Assembly (NCBI GenBank): GCA_963726325.1
Contig: CAVSCA010000007.1
Coordinates: 103,389 to 167,388, forward strand
Source: an uncultured Actinomycetes bacterium
GTDB lineage: Bacteria; Actinomycetota; Coriobacteriia; Anaerosomatales; PHET01
Reading direction: 5' to 3'
DNA length: 64,000 nt
The stretch's first letter is position 1, and each line of letters opens with the position of its first letter. The notes beneath the pieces were generated by a model, which searched no databases, was not told the origin of the DNA, and worked only from the letters and a program-made list of their open reading frames with translations. Shown piece by piece: positions 20,740-30,588 of this stretch. Made by a program: the position numbers and the translations under genes.

Positions 20740-21536
20740 CTACCCTGTCGGTCGCGCCGACGCCACTCCCATGCGAGCCAGCAGAACCACGCGAAGCACA
20801 GCGGGAAGACGACCACCTCCATGACGAGCATGGAGATCGGCCTGCCTTCGTAGAGCCGCATGAAGCGCAGCCCGTTGGGCAGCCACGTGCCAAAGACGAT
20901 CACCGCCGCCACCGCCGAGAAGTAGCGCAGCGCGCGCGACACTCCGCGCAGCCACAGGCTCGCGATCATCCCGGCCCAAAACGAGCCCAGCGCCGCCCAT
21001 GAGGCGAGGTTGTGGGCCGCCGCCAGCACGGGATCGCCGCCCACCGGGCACAGCGCGAGCACGACGAAGCCGGCGAACGAGATGGCCGGCAGGAGCGACG
21101 CGAGCCGGTAGGCGCGCTGCCCGAGGTCGCCGCGTCGGCGACCCTCGCGCAGCATGAGGCGTCCGGTTGCGAGCACGCCGGTGCCGAAGCACAGCGCCGT
21201 GGTCGTGAACAGCCACGCGGTGGGACGACCGACTCCGCCGGCCTGGCTCCACGAGATGCCGGTCTTCCACGGCAGGCCGGAGAGCCAGATCACGGTCCCG
21301 ACTGAGACCACGGCCGAGCCCACAGTGACAAGCGCTGCCGAGAACGGCGTCACCTGGCGCAGAAAGCGGGAGGCGAGCGCGATGGCCGCAACGGCGCCGG
21401 CACCCACGGCGAGCGCTCGCATCGGTGTCGCGGGCAGGAGTGCGACCGCCGCCAGCGTCACGCTCAGCCACGCGGCGTACCAGGCGGCGCGGGCCTCCCA
21501 TGACTCACTCGCGAGCGGTAGCACTCGCGGTTCCAC
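20740..21536 (-). CDS. Polytopic membrane protein of unknown function (3' end uncertain)
   Basis: The GTG-start ORF 20442-21536 has at least 6 TM helices up to ...FPLCFAWFCWLAWEWRRR. The in-frame extension beyond about 20740 is antisense to paralog A and implausible, and a TAG is available at 20740 after a 1-nt shift. Confidence 0.5.
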
Positions 21537-21569
21537 TGTCGCCCCCGTTCGGCGGGGTCGTCTCGGCCC

Positions 21570-21974
21570 CTACACAGCGCGAAGCATCGCGACAAGCGGT
21601 ACGGGATTCTCGACGTGGAAGACGACGAGGGCCTTCTCGCTGTCGGAGGTCGAGGTCGAGCGCATCTGCCAGATGTTGATGTCGGCGTCTGCGATGGCGG
21701 TTGCCAGATCGAGCAGCGCGCCGGGACGGTTCTCCAGCTCCGCGCACACCACGTCCGAGGGCGCCACGTCGGCCCCCAGCTCCCTGAGGATCTTCTCGGC
21801 GGCCCAGTCGTCACTCGTGATCAGGTAGAACTCGCTGACCGTGTCGTTGTCGTACGCCTCGATCGAGCGGATGTCGACGTCCTTGGCGGCCAGCGCCCGG
21901 CAGATGTCTCTGAGCAGACCGATGCGCGTGGGCATGGTCGCGTGCAGTTCGGCCTGCTTCCAGACGTCGTCCAT
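21570..21974 (-). CDS. Stand-alone tandem ACT-domain protein (copy 1)
   Basis: 134 aa from MDDVWKQ with GAAGGAG upstream. There are two ACT-like units (MPTRIGLLRDICRALAAKDVDIRSIEA; LENRPGALLDLATAIADADINIWQM). Confidence 0.75.
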   Translation of the reverse strand: MDDVWKQAELHATMPTRIGLLRDICRALAAKDVDIRSIEAYDNDTVSEFYLITSDDWAAEKILRELGADVAPSDVVCAELENRPGALLDLATAIADADINIWQMRSTSTSDSEKALVVFHVENPVPLVAMLRAV

Positions 21975-22082
21975 GGTTGCTCCTTCGGGTCCCGCCCTGC
22001 TCGGCGCGGTCTCGTGCCCCGGCTGTCGCACAAGGGGTCTATTCCCGCCTTGCCCTGTTGCGCGTACCTGTATCCTTCGGCC

Positions 22083-22238
22083 ATGAGCCGCAAACGCACC
22101 GAATGGGCCGAGGGCGGCCCCACGCAGCAGAGCAACCCCGACCGCGATCTCGCGCGGTCGTTCGGCGTGGGGTGCGGAGTCCTCGTGCTCGTGTTCCTGT
22201 GCGGTTGGGCGACGATCGCGTTCTTCTGGCTCCGGTGA
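22083..22238 (+). CDS. 51-aa single-pass membrane peptide (copy 1)
   Basis: MSRKRTEWAEGGPTQQSNPDRDLARSFGVGCGVLVLVFLCGWATIAFFWLR. Its TGA overlaps the GTG of the next gene (GTGA). It is conserved in copy 2 with one substitution. Confidence 0.5.
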   Translation: MSRKRTEWAEGGPTQQSNPDRDLARSFGVGCGVLVLVFLCGWATIAFFWLR

Positions 22239-22823
22239 GCGAAGTCGTGCCGGTGCCCGATGCAGCCGCGAACCGCCCCGCCGCGCGCGGCAAGCGGCTC
22301 GACGCCGAGCAGGCCCGTGCCATCGCCGAGTGCATCGCCGCCGGGGAGCGCCACACCGCGATCGCCGAGCGCTTCGGCGTGTCCGTGGAGACCGTGGGCG
22401 CGATCAAGAGCGGGGCGAGGTGGGCCTCGGCGATCGACGAGGAGCTTCGCGCTCGCATGCAGGCGGCGCCGGTGGTCGCGGGCGTGCTCGATGCGGACGG
22501 CGCTCGGCGGGTCATGGCTGCGCTCGAGGCCGGGCGCACCGGGCAGGTCGATCGCCGAGGAGTTCGGCATCAGTCCCAGCATGGTGAGCGCGATCAAGCA
22601 CGGCCGGGCGTGGAGCGAGCTGGATCCCGGCCTGCCGGCGCGCCTGGCCGCCGAACCGCGACAGGGCAAGGCGCTCACCGCCGAGCAGGTGGCCCGGATC
22701 AAGCGGCGCCTGCTCGACGGCGGGTCGTCGCGCAAGGTGGCCGCCGAGTTCGGCGTCTCTGCGTCGACCGTGCGTGCGATCGCGCAGGGCAAGACGTGGG
22801 CGGAGGTCTCGCCCGGGCCGTAG
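22235..22823 (+). CDS. Protein made of three tandem helix-turn-helix repeats (copy 1), one frame break near 22540
   Basis: Three units of about 55 aa end in ...IAERFGVSVETVGAIKSGARW, ...IAEEFGISPSMVSAIKHGRAW and ...VAAEFGVSASTVRAIAQGKTW. Confidence 0.65.
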
Positions 22824-22894
22824 GGCTTCCTTGCGCCGCCGAGGTGTCTGGAAGATGATGGGTTCGTTCGGTCACTCGGCGGCGGGGGGACGCT

Positions 22895-23262
22895 ATGCCT
22901 GTGTTTGTGATGTCCGGACTACTCTCTGTCACGCTCGCGTTCGTCTTCTACACCTGGGGCATCTGGGGCGCCAAGCGCGGTGGCGAGATCAAGACGAAGC
23001 ACGTCGTCTTCCTGTGGCTCGGCCTGATTCTGGATGCCGGCGGCACCGGGCTCATGGCGCTGCAGATCGGCTTCTACCGGATGGACATCCACGGGATCAT
23101 CGGCACGCTCGCGATACTGCTGATGCTCGTCAGCGCCATCTGGGCGACCGTCGCCAAGAACGACGCGGCGAAGACCGCAACGTACCTGAAGGCTCGGTGT
23201 GGGTGTGGGCCTTCTGGCTGCTGCCCTACCTGTACGGTTTCGTCGCGAACCGGGTGTCCTAG
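22895..23262 (+). CDS. Small 4-TM membrane protein (copy 1), one frame break near 23190
   Basis: MPVFVMSGLLSVTLAFVFYTWGIWGAKRGGEIKTKHVVFLWLGLILDAGGTGLMALQ... The C-terminal SVWVWAFWLLPYLYGFVANRVS is in another frame. Copy 2 is intact. Confidence 0.55.
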
Positions 23263-23286
23263 AACCAGGGTCCCGAAGGAGTCCTC

Positions 23287-24028
23287 ATGAGCTTCTGGAG
23301 CAGCTACTGGTGGCCCGCGCTCACCGCGGCGATCGGCTTCGTCTACGTGGGGCTGCTGCTGAACCAGTGGTACCACCGGCGCCAGCCGCATCAGGCGGCG
23401 TGGGCGTTCGGCTTCTTCCTCTACGCCGTCGCGGCGCTGATGGAGTTCTACTCGGAGTTGACGCGGAACTGGAATCCGACGATCTACCGCGTCTACATCG
23501 TGATGGCGGCGTCGATGGTGGGCTTCCTCGGCCTGGGCACGCTCTACCTCATCACGAAGAAGCGCATCTGGGGCAACATCTACCTGGTGTTCAACCTGGT
23601 GATGCTGGCGATCTTCCTGTGGGGCGCGTTCACGGTCGAGCTCGACTATGCCGCGCTTCAGCCCGGCATCGTCGTGGGCGGGGCGGGCCTTGGGCCGAGC
23701 GGGTCGTTCCCCAGGATCATGTCGCTCGTCTTCAACATCCCCGGGACGCTTCTGCTGCTGGGCGGCTCGGCATGGTCGGTGGACAAGTTCTGGCCCAAGA
23801 AGCAGTACCGCTATCGCGCGTGGGCCAACGTGCTGATCTTCGTGGGCACGCTGTGCATCGCCGGCGCGGGATCGATGGCGCGCGCCGGGATGACCGAGGG
23901 GGCTCTACTTCGGCGAGATGATCGCGAGCGCGATACTGCTCGCAGGCTTCCTGATGGCGAGCACGCTCGACAAGGGCGCGCAGAACATACGGGCCGAGCG
24001 ACGGGCGCGGGAGGCGGCTGCGGGCTAG
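23287..24028 (+). CDS. 246-aa polytopic membrane protein (copy 1), one frame break near 23905
   Basis: It is the same protein as the intact ORF 29635-30375. After ...ARAGMT the frame is lost, and TAG 24026-24028 corresponds to the copy-2 stop. Confidence 0.55.
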
Positions 24029-24243
24029 CGGGTCTTGCAGAAGCGCATTCACCCGCAGCCGGCCGGCGGGCGATAGCCCGCGTGAATGGGTATCTTCCAA
24101 AGAGTGTGTAGTGCTAGGAACCTCGCGGGGCGACAGGTTTTTGTTGCAAGGGGTTCGGGTGCGAGCGCCCTGCCTGATTCTGGTCAGCCGGATACGTGAC
24201 CCGCGCGACTGCGGCGCGACCGGCCAGTTGATCGGAGGCAGTT

Positions 24244-25361
24244 ATGCGCTCGAAGAAGATACTCACATGGCTCGTGGCGACACTGCTCATTGTGGGCATG
24301 GTCGCGGCGCTTTCCGGCTGTGGCGGAAGCACCACAACCAGTGGGACCACCGGGACCTCGGCGGCAAAGCCGCTGAAGATCGCGCTGCTGCTCCCGGAGA
24401 CCAAGACGGCTCGCTACGAGACTCAGGACAAGCCGCTCTTCGAGGCGAAGGTCAAAGAGCTCGCCCCGGACGCGGAGATCCTGTACAGCAACGCCAACCA
24501 GGACGCCAACGAGCAGCAGTCTCAGGCTGACGCGGCGCTCACCAACGGGCTCAGGTTCTGGTTCTCGACCCGGTCGACTCGGCGTCGGCCGCCTCGATCG
24601 TGACGAAGGCCAAAGACGCTGGCGTGCCGGTCATCAGCTACGACCGCCTGATCATGAACGCGCCCCTCGACTACTACATCTCGTTCGACAACGAGAAGGT
24701 CGGCACGATGCAGGGCCAGGCGCTGCTCGACAAGCTGACGGCGGATGGCAACGCTGGCAAGACCGTCGTGATCATCAACGGCTCGCCCACCGACAACAAC
24801 GCCACGCTGTTCAAGAAGGGCGCCCACAGCGTCCTCGACGGCAAGGTCGAAGATCGGTGCCGAGTACGACACGCCTGACTGGAGCCCGGACAAGGCACAG
24901 AGCGAGATGGACCAGGCCATCACGAAGCTCGGCAAGGACGGGTTCGTGGGCGTCTTGGCAGCCAATGACGGTACCGCTGGCGGCGCTATCGCTGCCATGA
25001 AGGGCGCCGGCATCGACCCCACCAAGATCCCGGTCACCGGCCAGGATGCCGAGGCGGCAGCGATCCAGCGGATCATCATGGGCGAGCAGTACATGACCGT
25101 CTACAAGGCCATCAAGCTCGAGGCCGAGGCGGCTGCGAAGCTCGCCGTCGCGCTCGCCAAGGGTGAGCCGTTCCCGCGGACATGGTCATGGCCAAGGTGA
25201 ACAACGGGTCGGGCGACATCAACTCGATCCTGCTGCCACCGGTGCCGGTCACCAAGGACAAGATCGGCGACACGGTCGTCAAGGACGGCTTCTGGACCCT
25301 GGAGCAGCTGCTCACCTCTCCTGAACTCAAGGCCAAGGCCGCGGAGCTCGGGCTGCAGTGA
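24244..25361 (+). pseudogene. CUT2 (xylose/ribose-type) sugar ABC transporter substrate-binding lipoprotein, copy 1, at least 4 frame breaks
   Basis: The fragments ORF 24244-24603, 24600-24878 and 24907-25200 plus a tail are collinear with copy 2. The lipobox-like LSGCGGS is present. Confidence 0.75.
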
Positions 25362-26178
25362 CCGTCGTTTCTGACGAGACAGGCTCGATGGCGCCGCTTC
25401 TCGCGCTCAAGGGCGTGAGCAAGGCGTTTGGCGCGAACCAGGCCCTCTCCGGCGTCGACTTCGAAGTCGGCGCCGGAGAGGTCGTCGCGCTCGTCGGCGA
25501 CAACGGCGCGGGCAAGTCCACGCTCATCAAGGCGATCGCCGGCGTACAGCTGTGCGATGAGGGCACCTTCTACTTCAAGGGGAGCCCGGCCAAGATCACC
25601 AACCCGCAGGACGCTGCGGCGCTCGGGATCGCGACGGTCTATCAGGACCTCGCCTTGTGCGACAACCTCGACGTGGTCGCTAACCTCTACTTGGGCCGCG
25701 AGGTGTTCGCGCGCGGCATGGCGAGAGCCACGCTACTTCATCGACGAGACCGCGATGGAGCAAAACGCCCTCAAGCTTCTCGACTCGCTTGCCGTGACGA
25801 CCATCAAGGACGTTCGCGTGCAGGTGGGCTCGCTTTCCGGGGGCCAGCGCCAGGCCGTGGCCATCGCCCGCTCGCTTCTGGGCGAACCGTGCGTGGTCTT
25901 GCTCGACGAGCCCACAGCGGCTCTCGGCGTCTCACAGACCGAGCAAGTGCTGCTGCTCATCAAGCGGTTGCGCGAGCGCGGGCTGGGCGTCGTGGTCATC
26001 AGCCACAACCTCGAGAACGTCTTCGAGGTCGCCGACCGGATCATCGTGCTGCGGCTTGGGCCGGCGCGCCGCCACGTTCGACGTGCGCGGTGTCAGCCGC
26101 GAGGACGTCGTCTCGGCGATCACCGGCGCCGAGTTCGGCGTGGGAGCCGGCCTCGAGAACCGCGGGGCGGACGCATGA
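25358..26178 (+). pseudogene. Sugar ABC transporter ATP-binding protein (single NBD), copy 1, 2 frame breaks (about 25735 and 26060)
   Basis: GDNGAGKST, LSGGQRQ and VVLLDEPTAAL are present but split between the frames of ORF 25358 and ORF 25428. Confidence 0.75.
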
Positions 26179-27407
26179 GTGCCGAGCAAGACACCCGCGC
26201 CTCCGCAGGCGGCCTCGTTGGGATGATCCAGGAGGTCGGCCGCAAGCTCGCGCAGGGCGAGGCCGGCACGCTTCTGGTGCTGCTGATGGTTGCGGCCATC
26301 TGGACCTTCTTCCAGTCCCAGAACGACCGGTTCTTGAGCCCCGGCAACCTCACGAACCTGCTGCTGCAGCAGGCCGCAGTGGCGACGATCTCCATCGGCG
26401 TGGTGCTGATCCTGCTGCTGGGCGAGATCGACCTGTCGGTCGGTGCGGTGAGCGGACTGTGCGCCTCGGTGATGGCGGTCCTCGTGGTGAACCGCGGAAT
26501 CCCCGCGGTGCTCGCGGTGGTCATCGCGCTGGGGCTTGGTGCGCTGATCGGGCTGTTCAACGGGTTCATGATCACGCGGTTCCAGATACCGTCGTTCGTG
26601 GTCACACTGGCTGGCTCGCTCACCTGGGTCGGATTCCAGCTGCTGTGCTGGGCGAGACGGGAACGATCAACCTGAACGACAAGTTCATCATGGGCCTGAC
26701 GTACACGTACTTCTCGCCGCTGATGGGCTGGGTCGTCGCGCTGGCCGGCATCGCTGCTGACGCTTGGCTTCGCCCTGCTCGGACGCTCCCGCCGCAAGGC
26801 CGCGGGTCTGAGCGTCGGCTCGATGCGCGGGCTTCTCTTCCGGGTGGGCGGCATCGGCATGCGTTCGTGACGATGGTGGTCGTCGCCAACCAGGACCGGG
26901 ACTTCCGCTCGTGGTGTTGATCGTCTTCATGCTCGCGCTCGCGTTCGCCTACTCACCGAGCGCACGCGCTTCGGGCGCCATATCTTCGCGGTGGGCGGAA
27001 ACGCAGAGGCGGCCCGACGGGCGGGCATCAAGATCAACAACGTTCGCATCATCGTGTTCGTGCTGGGTTCCACGCTGGCAGCCGCCGGCGGCATCCTGGC
27101 GGCATCGCGACTGCTGGCCGTGAACCAGTCCTCGGGCGGCAGCGACCTGCTGCTCATGGCGATCGCCGGCCCTGTCATCGCGGGCACGAGCCTGTTCGGC
27201 GGCCGCGGCTCGGTGTGGTCCGCTCTTCTCGGCGCGATGGTCATCGGCTCGATCGCCAACGGCATGAACCTGCTCGCGTTCTCGTCATCGGTGAAGTTCA
27301 TCGTCACCGGCGCGGTGCTCATCACGGCGGTGACGATCGAATCGGTCACGCGCATGCGCGCGTGGGCGAGCGATAGGCCGGCGGAGCTGCTCAGCGAGAC
27401 CCGATGA
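26175..27407 (+). pseudogene. Sugar ABC transporter permease (XylH-like), copy 1, at least 5 frame breaks
   Basis: The pieces are collinear with the intact copy 32520-33725. The expected stop would be the TAG near 27375 rather than the assembled TGA at 27405-27407. Confidence 0.7.
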
Positions 27408-27760
27408 CCCTGCAGGGATTGCCGGCCGCGGTGACTCCCGGCTCCACCGAGCGCGTTACGACGCTTCCTGCGCCGATGATGGCGTCGGCCCCGATCTCGA
27501 CGCCCGGCAGCACGATGACGCCGCCCCCAGCCAGGCGCGGGCCCCGATGGTGATGGGCAGCGCCGACTCGAGTCCGCTCGCCGTTCGGCCGCGTCGCGCG
27601 GTGGTCAGACGTGGAGCTGCACGGCCGGCCCCAGCTGAACGTCGTCGCCGAGAACGATGGGAGCGGCGTCCAGGAAGATGCAACTTATGTTGACGAAGAC
27701 GCGCGCGCCGAGACGATGCGCACCGTAGTCGCAGTGGAAGGGCGCCTCGACCAGAGGAGA
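27391..27760 (-). pseudogene. 5'-truncated, frame-shifted remnant of the hexapeptide acetyltransferase gene, at the duplication junction
   Basis: It matches the 3' two-thirds of 33744-34296 (EAPFHCDYGA..VFVNISCIFLDAAPIVLGDDVQLGPAVQL, SGLESALPITIGARAWLG). It has no N-terminus. Confidence 0.6.
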
Positions 27761-27763
27761 ACG

Positions 27764-27888
27764 AGCGCTCGCAACGGTGTCGCGGGCAGGAGTGCGACCG
27801 CCGCCAGCGTCACGCTCAGCCACGCGGCGTACCAAGCGGCGCGGGCCTCCCATGACTCACTCGCGAGCGGTAGCACTCGCGGCCCCAC
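27764..27888 (-). pseudogene. 3'-truncated remnant (first ~40 codons) of the membrane-protein gene 20740-21536
   Basis: VGPRVLPLASESWEARAAWYAAWLSVTLAAVALLPATPLRAL equals the N-terminus of the copy-1 flank gene. Homology stops at 27762. Confidence 0.55.
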
Positions 27889-28325
27889 TGTCGCCCCCGT
27901 TCGACGGGGTCGTCTCGGCCCCACAAAGCGCGAAGCATCGCGACAAGCGCCACCGGATTCTCGACGTGGAAGACGACGAGTGCCTTCTCGCTGTCGGAGG
28001 TCGAGGTCGAGCGCATCTGCCAGATGTTGATGTCGGCGTCGGCGATGGCGGTTGCCAGATCGAGCAGCGCGCCGGGACGGTTCTCCAGCTCTGCGCACAC
28101 TACATCCGAGGGCGCGACGTCGGCCCCCAGCTCCCTGAGGACCTTCTCGGCAGCCCAGTCGTCACTCGTGATCAGATAGAACTCGCTGACCGAGTCGTTG
28201 TCGTACGCCTCGATCGAGCGGATATCGACTTCCTTGGCGGCCAGCGCCCGGCAGATGTCCCTGAGCAAGCCGATCCGCGTGGGCATGGTCGCGTGCAGTT
28301 CGGCCTGCTTCCAGACGTTGTCCAT
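27816..28325 (-). CDS. Tandem ACT-domain protein (copy 2) with a lost stop codon and a 35-codon read-through tail
   Basis: It is the same protein as copy 1 with about 5 substitutions. Copy 1 ends ...MLRAV-TAG, whereas copy 2 reads ...MLRALW and continues to 27816. The canonical stop position would be 27921-27923. Confidence 0.7.
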   Translation of the reverse strand: MDNVWKQAELHATMPTRIGLLRDICRALAAKEVDIRSIEAYDNDSVSEFYLITSDDWAAEKVLRELGADVAPSDVVCAELENRPGALLDLATAIADADINIWQMRSTSTSDSEKALVVFHVENPVALVAMLRALWGRDDPVERGRQWGRECYRSRVSHGRPAPLGTPRG

Positions 28326-28433
28326 GGTCGCTCCTTCGGGTCCCGCTCTGCTCGGCGCGGTCTCGTAGCCTGGCCGTCGCACAAGGGGTCTATTCCCGCC
28401 TTGCCCTGTTGCGCGTACCTGTATCCTTCGCTC

Positions 28434-28589
28434 ATGAGCCGCAAGCGCACCGAATGGGCCGAGGGCGGCCCCACGCAGCAGACCAACCCCGACCGTGATC
28501 TCGCGCGGTCCTTCGGCGTGGGCTGCGGAGTCCTTGTGCTCGTCTTCCTGTGCGGTTGGGCGACCATCGCGTTCTTCTGGCTTCGGTGA
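28434..28589 (+). CDS. 51-aa single-pass membrane peptide (copy 2)
   Basis: Identical to copy 1 except S16T. It has the same GTGA overlap with the downstream gene. Confidence 0.5.
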   Translation: MSRKRTEWAEGGPTQQTNPDRDLARSFGVGCGVLVLVFLCGWATIAFFWLR

Positions 28590-29169
28590 GCGCGGTGCCG
28601 GCGCCCGGTGCGGCCTCGAGCCAACCCTCCAAGCGCGGCAAGCGCCTCGACGCCGAGCAGGCCCGTGCCATCGCCGAGCGCATCGCTGCCGGAGAGCGCC
28701 ACACCGCGATCGCCGAGCGCTTCGGCGTGTCGGTCGAGACCGTGGGCGCGATCAAGAGCGGGACGCGGTGGGCCTCGGCGATCGACGAGGAGCTTCGCGC
28801 TCGCATGCAGGCGGCGCCGGCTGTCGCGGGGGTGCTCGACGCGGAAGGCGCTCGGCGGGTCATGGCTGCGCTGGAGGCCGGGCGCTCGGGGCGCTCGATC
28901 GCCGAGGAGTTCGGCATCAGCCCCAGCATGGTGAGCGCGATCAAGCACGGCCGGGCGTGGAGCGAGCTCGATCCCGGCCTGCCGGCGCGCCTGGCCGCCG
29001 AACCGCGACAGGGCAAGGCGCTCACGGCCGAGCAGGTGGCCCGGATCAAGCAGCGGCTGCTCGATGGCGGGTCGTCGCGCAAGGTGGCGGCCGAGTTCGG
29101 CGTCTCCGCGTCGACAGTGCGTGCGATCGCACAGGGCAAGACATGGGCAGAGGTCTCGCCGGAGCCTAG
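28586..29169 (+). CDS. Triple helix-turn-helix repeat protein (copy 2)
   Basis: It is uninterrupted from GTG 28586 through the three HTH units. A 1-nt deletion just before the expected TAG (29167-29169) makes the assembled ORF run on to 29257. Confidence 0.65.
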
Positions 29170-29241
29170 GGCTTCCTTGCGCCGCCGAGACGTCTGGAAG
29201 ATGATGGGTTGCGTTCGGTCACTCGGCGGCGGGGGGACGCT

Positions 29242-29610
29242 ATGCCTGTGTTTGTGATGTCCGGACTACTCTCGGTCACGCTTGCCTTCGTCTTCTACAC
29301 CTGGGGCATCTGGGGCGCCAAGCGCGGCGGCGAGATCAAGACGAAGCACGTCGTCTTCCTGTGGCTCGGCCTGATCCTGGATGCCGGCGGCACCGGGCTC
29401 ATGGCGCTGCAGATCGGCTTCTACCGGATGGACATCCACGGGATCATCGGCACGCTCGCGATTCTGCTGATGCTCGTCAGCGCCATCTGGGCGACCGTCG
29501 CCAAGAAGGACGCTGCGAAGACCGCAACGTATCTGAAGGCGTCGGTGTGGGTGTGGGCGTTCTGGCTGCTGCCCTACCTGTACGGCTTCGTCGCGAACCG
29601 GGTGTCCTAG
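29242..29610 (+). CDS. Small 4-TM membrane protein (copy 2, intact)
   Basis: 122 aa starting MPVFVMSGLL, four TM segments, uninterrupted. Confidence 0.6.
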   Translation: MPVFVMSGLLSVTLAFVFYTWGIWGAKRGGEIKTKHVVFLWLGLILDAGGTGLMALQIGFYRMDIHGIIGTLAILLMLVSAIWATVAKKDAAKTATYLKASVWVWAFWLLPYLYGFVANRVS

Positions 29611-29634
29611 AACAAGAGTCCCGAAGGAGTCCTC

Positions 29635-30375
29635 ATGAGCTTCTGGAGCAGCTACTGGTGGCCCGCGCTCACGGCGGCGATCGGCTTCGTCTACGTGGGC
29701 CTGCTGCTGAACCAGTGGTACCACCGGCGCCAGCCGCATCAGGCGGCGTGGGCGTTCGGCTTCTTCCTCTACGCCGTCGCGGCGCTGATGGAGTTCTACT
29801 CGGAGTTGACGCGGAACTGGAATCCGACGATCTACCGCGTCTACATCGTGATGGCGGCGTCGATGGTGGGCTTTCTCGGCCTGGGCACGCTCTACCTCAT
29901 CACGAAGAAGCGCATCTGGGGCAACATCTACCTCGCGTTCAACCTGGTGATGCTGGCGATCTTCCTGTGGGGCGCGTTTACCGTTGAGCTCGACTTGGCC
30001 GCGCTCCAGCCGGGCATCGTCGTGGGCGGGGCGGGCCTTGGGCCGAGCGGGTCGTTCCCCAGGATCATGTCGCTCGTCTTCAACATCCCCGGGACGCTGC
30101 TGCTGCTGGGCGGCTCGGCATGGTCGGTGTACAAGTTCTGGCCCAAGAAGCAGTACCGCTATCGCGCATGGGCCAACGTGCTGATCTTCGTGGGCACGCT
30201 GTGCATCGCCGGCGCGGGATCGATGGCGCGCGCCGGGATGACGAAGGGGCTCTACTTCGGCGAGATGATCGCGAGCGCGATACTGCTCGCAGGCTTCCTG
30301 ATGGCGAGCACGCTCGACAAGGGCGCGCAGAACATACGGGCCGAGCGACGGGCGCGGGAGGCGGCTGCGGGCTAG
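29635..30375 (+). CDS. 246-aa polytopic membrane protein (copy 2, intact)
   Basis: Listed ORF with about 7 hydrophobic segments, starting 25 nt after the preceding gene. Confidence 0.6.
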   Translation: MSFWSSYWWPALTAAIGFVYVGLLLNQWYHRRQPHQAAWAFGFFLYAVAALMEFYSELTRNWNPTIYRVYIVMAASMVGFLGLGTLYLITKKRIWGNIYLAFNLVMLAIFLWGAFTVELDLAALQPGIVVGGAGLGPSGSFPRIMSLVFNIPGTLLLLGGSAWSVYKFWPKKQYRYRAWANVLIFVGTLCIAGAGSMARAGMTKGLYFGEMIASAILLAGFLMASTLDKGAQNIRAERRAREAAAG

Positions 30376-30588
30376 GGGTCCTGCAGAGCGCATTCACCCG
30401 CAGCCGGCCGGCGGGCGGTAGCCCCTGTGAATGGGTATCTTCCAAAGAGTGTGTAGTGCTAGGAACCTCGCGGGGCGACAGGTTCTTGCTGCAAGGGGTT
30501 CGGATGCGAGCGCCCTGCCTGATTCTGGTCAGCCGGATACGCGAACCGCACGACTGCGGCGCGACCGGCCAGTTGATCGGAGGCAGTT

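Larger units (their letters stand above)
21410..27760 (+). repeat. Tandem duplication, copy 1 (about 6.35 kb)
   Basis: It aligns by eye with 27762-34118 in the same orientation and gene order. Homology starts at CGAGCGCTCGC (21410 / 27762). Confidence 0.85.

Noticed and set aside
20442-20740. The 3' 100 codons of ORF 20442-21536 as a real C-terminal extension of the membrane protein
   Set aside because: This part is antisense to the secreted-protein paralog A and has a Pro/Ala/Arg-rich composition without TM segments. A stop is reachable at 20740 with a single-base shift.
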